Assembly: GCA_043825875.1 (NCBI GenBank)
Contig: JBDRRF010000067.1
Coordinates: 32,001 to 96,000 of the forward strand
From: Pseudomonadota bacterium
Lineage (GTDB): Bacteria > Desulfobacterota > Desulfobacteria > Desulfobacterales > RPRI01
Reading direction: 5' to 3'
DNA length: 64,000 bases
The notes under the pieces are model-generated. The model saw only the letters and a program-made list of their open reading frames with translations. It did no database searches and was not told the DNA's origin. This document shows, piece by piece, positions 61,054-64,000 of the stretch. Both the position numbers and the translations under genes were made by a program. Positions within the stretch are counted from its first letter, which is position 1, and each line of letters starts with the position of its first letter.

Positions 61054-62166
61054 ATGAAAGATTATGGAATTCAATTGACCAAGGAAGAAGAAGCACAAGT
61101 TGATGATATTTGTGCCAAGATCAGAGAGCGGGTGAAAAAGGAACCCATTACACCCCGCCAGCGCTTTGAGGCTGTTTACAGAGGGGAAACGCCTGACCGC
61201 ATTCCGATTCAGGTATGCGCCCTTGGTTTGCACGCAGCCTCCAATTACGGTGTAACACCTGGAGATTTATACAGTAAACCCAAAGTATCACTTTTAGCCT
61301 ACCTTACACATCTCGAGAGATTTGGATATGATACTCCTTCCACTTTCCGTTTCAGCGCCGGTGAGAAGGAGTTTGGACAGGAAATAGCACATACGGATTC
61401 GGCCGTGCCGTTTGGTATTAAGGGAGTAGTGGAAACAGCAAAAGATCTCGGCAAGGTAAAATTGCCAAATGTTTACAAGGACGGTTCACTACCATGGCAG
61501 CTCTGGATGATCAGTGTTCTAAAGGAAAAACTTGGCGATATCATGCCTATCCACGGATTTACAGTTATTCCGGGTGCGGTTGGACCGGTTATCATGCCTA
61601 TGGATAAGTTGTTATTGGCGCTTCGCAAGGATCCGGTTCTGGCACACTGTCTGGCTGCTTTGCTGATGAAGTTTGTTATTGATTACGGCACAGCCTTGTT
61701 CGAGGCAGGCGCCGATATGCTGAATATTGTAGGTATTGATGATCAGGTTTCATATGCAATGCACAGGCAATTCGAATTTCCTTATGTCTGCGGTTTGCTT
61801 AAGTCCCTTCCGGGGCCCTGCTTTATAAATGGTGCCGGTGACTGGTCTCATGTTCTTGAGTCATATGCCCAGGCAGGAATACATGGATTTTTCCTGCACA
61901 GCGGTCAACCCACACCTCTTGATAAGATTAATGAAGTGGCAGATAAATATAATTGTACAGTACGCTATGGCGTTAGCGCCAACACGCTGGTACACGGGCC
62001 TGCTGAAAAGATCCGTGAGGAGGTAAAAAGCGTAATTAAACAGGGATGGCGAGGAGGCCGCTTTGTGTTGACCACAGACACATTGGATATAAATACTCCG
62101 ACTGAAAACTTGGATGTCTTTATGGAAGCAGCCAGAGAGTATGGTAAACTTCCCTTAAAGGTTTAA
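61054..62166 (+). CDS. Uroporphyrinogen decarboxylase/MtaA-CmuA family corrinoid methyltransferase-like protein, copy 1
   Basis: TPRQRFEAVYRGETPDRIP N-terminus and GPAEKIREEVK...TPTENL C-terminus. AGGAGG spacing favours ATG 61054. Confidence 0.85.
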   Translation: MKDYGIQLTKEEEAQVDDICAKIRERVKKEPITPRQRFEAVYRGETPDRIPIQVCALGLHAASNYGVTPGDLYSKPKVSLLAYLTHLERFGYDTPSTFRFSAGEKEFGQEIAHTDSAVPFGIKGVVETAKDLGKVKLPNVYKDGSLPWQLWMISVLKEKLGDIMPIHGFTVIPGAVGPVIMPMDKLLLALRKDPVLAHCLAALLMKFVIDYGTALFEAGADMLNIVGIDDQVSYAMHRQFEFPYVCGLLKSLPGPCFINGAGDWSHVLESYAQAGIHGFFLHSGQPTPLDKINEVADKYNCTVRYGVSANTLVHGPAEKIREEVKSVIKQGWRGGRFVLTTDTLDINTPTENLDVFMEAAREYGKLPLKV

Positions 62167-62205
62167 GAATACCAACAAAGGATGAGCTGATTGAAAAGAG
62201 ATATT

Positions 62206-62272
62206 ATGACTCAAGATACAATCTACCCCGGATGGGGATTCGGATCAAACACAAAGAGTATGCGGCGAAGCG
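62206..62272 (+). pseudogene. 5' remnant of a corrinoid protein gene
   Basis: MTQDTI.. then DGDSDQTQRVCGEA, versus intact MTQEAI..DGDAEQTQKVCGNA at 63525. Confidence 0.75.
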
Positions 62273-62377
62273 ATTGTATGCAAAATATGATAGTTTTGCA
62301 CAAAATATTATAAAAATTTATACCTAAGAAAAAAAATACACCCATAATGAAAGTTTGAAAAAGGAGGAATGATTGCA

Positions 62378-63490
62378 ATGAAAGATTATGGAATTCAATT
62401 GACCAAGGAAGAAGAAGCACAAGTCGATGATATTTGTGCCAAAATCAGAGAGCGGGTGAAAAAGGAATCCATGACGCCCCGCCAGCGCTTTGAAGCTGTT
62501 TACAGAGGGGAAACACCTGACCGCATTCCAATTCAGGTATGCGCCCTTGGTTTGCACGCAGCCTCCAATTATGGCGTAACACCTGGAGACCTATACAATG
62601 ACCCGAAAATATCACTCATGGCATATCTTACACATCTCGAAAGATTTGGATACGACACTCCTTCAGCTTTCCGTTTCAGTACCGGTGAAAAGGAGTTTGG
62701 GCAGGAAATAGCTCATACGGATTCCGCCGTGCCCTTTGGTATCAAGGGTATAGTGGAAACAGCAAGTGATCTGGGCAAGCTGAAAATGCCTAATGTTATG
62801 ACAGACGGATCATTGCCATGGCAGCTATGGATGCTAAGTGTTCTAAAGGAAAAACTTGGCGATATTATGCCTATCCATGGATTTACGGTAATTCCCGGTG
62901 CAGTAGGTCCGGTTATAATGCCTATGGATAAACTTTTACTTGCGCTTCGCAAGGACCCTGTACTGGCTCACTCTCTGGCAGCCATACTTATGAACTTTGT
63001 TATAGATTACGGTACGGCAATGTATGAGGCAGGTGCTGATATGCTGCATATTGTTGGAATTGATGATCAGGTATCATATGCTATGCACAGGAAATTTGAA
63101 TTTCCTTATGTTTGCGGATTGGTTAAATCATTGCCGTGCCCTGTCTTTATAATTGGCGCAGGTGACTGGTCACATGTTATTGAGTCATATGCTCAGGCAG
63201 GAGTTCAAGGATTTTATCTCCACAGCGGACAACCTACACCTCTTGATAAGATTAATGAAGTGGCAGACAAATATAATTGTACAGTACGCTATGGCGTAAG
63301 TTCCAACACACTTGTACATGGACCGGCAGAAAAGATTCGTGAGGAAGTGAAAAACGTAATTAAACAGGGATGGCGGGGCGGTCGTTTTGTATTGACCACA
63401 GACACATTGGATATCAATACTCCGACTGAAAACCTGGATGTTTTTATGGAAGCAGCTTTAGAGTATGGTAAACTTCCATTAAAAATTTAA
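62378..63490 (+). CDS. UroD/MtaA-CmuA family methyltransferase-like protein, copy 2
   Basis: Same length as copy 1 and highly similar. Confidence 0.85.
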   Translation: MKDYGIQLTKEEEAQVDDICAKIRERVKKESMTPRQRFEAVYRGETPDRIPIQVCALGLHAASNYGVTPGDLYNDPKISLMAYLTHLERFGYDTPSAFRFSTGEKEFGQEIAHTDSAVPFGIKGIVETASDLGKLKMPNVMTDGSLPWQLWMLSVLKEKLGDIMPIHGFTVIPGAVGPVIMPMDKLLLALRKDPVLAHSLAAILMNFVIDYGTAMYEAGADMLHIVGIDDQVSYAMHRKFEFPYVCGLVKSLPCPVFIIGAGDWSHVIESYAQAGVQGFYLHSGQPTPLDKINEVADKYNCTVRYGVSSNTLVHGPAEKIREEVKNVIKQGWRGGRFVLTTDTLDINTPTENLDVFMEAALEYGKLPLKI

Positions 63491-63524
63491 CAACTTTTAC
63501 AGAAGCTGATTGAAAGGAGATATT

Positions 63525-64000
63525 ATGACACAAGAAGCAATTCTCGAATCTCTCAGGCAGGCCATCCTTGATGGAGATGCAGAGCAGACACAAAAAGTAT
63601 GCGGTAACGCTTTGGAAGCAAAAATTGAAACCTCAGCTATTCTCCAGGAAGGCATGACTAAAGCCATGAAATTGGTCGGTGCAAAATGGGACGCAAAAGA
63701 ATTTTTTCTGCCTGAAGTACTAGCTGCTGCCGATGCAATGAAAAGCGCTATTGAATTTATGAAACCACACTTGCTGGGAAAGGATGGCGGAGGAGCAATT
63801 GGAACTGCAGTTATCGGGACAGTCAAAGGCGACGTTCACAATATAGGCAAGAACTTGGTTGCATTATTTTTGGAATTGGGCGGTTTTAATGTTTTTAACC
63901 TTGGTGAAGATGTGCCTGCCGAGAAATTTGTTCAGACCGCTCTTGAAAACAATGCAGATGTTATTGGTTCATCAGCATTTGTATCGACAGTTGCCACTGA
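63525..64000 (+). CDS. Cobalamin-binding corrinoid protein (MtaC/MtbC-like), 3'-truncated by window edge
   Basis: EFFLPEV cap motif, GTVKGDVHNIGKNLV (DxHxxG) and NLGEDVP; frame is open to the window end; GGAG RBS. Confidence 0.92.
   Translation, partial: MTQEAILESLRQAILDGDAEQTQKVCGNALEAKIETSAILQEGMTKAMKLVGAKWDAKEFFLPEVLAAADAMKSAIEFMKPHLLGKDGGGAIGTAVIGTVKGDVHNIGKNLVALFLELGGFNVFNLGEDVPAEKFVQTALENNADVIGSSAFVSTVAT

Noticed and set aside
61054..63490. Calling the duplicated genes hemE
   Set aside because: They lack the RQAGR motif and sit next to a corrinoid protein gene.

Overview
AT-rich bacterial chromosome segment. Gene content (IspH-UbiA fusion, YeiH exporter, porins, sigma54 promoters) suggests a Desulfobacterales-type sulfate reducer; this is inference. 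Housekeeping genes are topA (3' part), ispH, uup, arfB, alr, ald, lpxL, waaG/waaP-like, glnK-amtB, gatB, queA, tgt and an RND pump. Between them lie: (1) a ~15 kb minus-strand c-di-GMP/two-component cluster with a CheR/CheB-linked hybrid kinase and no MCP/CheA/CheW; (2) a decayed cassette-like island at 32.0-35.6 kb with toxin-antitoxin genes, a destroyed toxin, attC-like remnants and a 110-bp direct repeat; (3) an AmmeMemoRadiSam locus whose proteins carry apparent export signals; (4) an accessory two-gene operon at 50.1-53.1 kb, where a large N6-adenine DNA methyltransferase with an apparently nuclease-dead N-terminus is translationally coupled to a PIN ribonuclease with no VapB, the best candidate here for an undescribed defence/toxin system; and (5) a sigma54-driven tandem duplication of atypical MtaA/UroD-family methyltransferases plus a corrinoid protein. 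Three copies of a ~145-165 bp MITE-like element and two heptamer-repeat hairpin elements are also present. I saw no rRNA, tRNA, CRISPR array, integrase or transposase. All calls come from reading motifs by eye; no database search was run.
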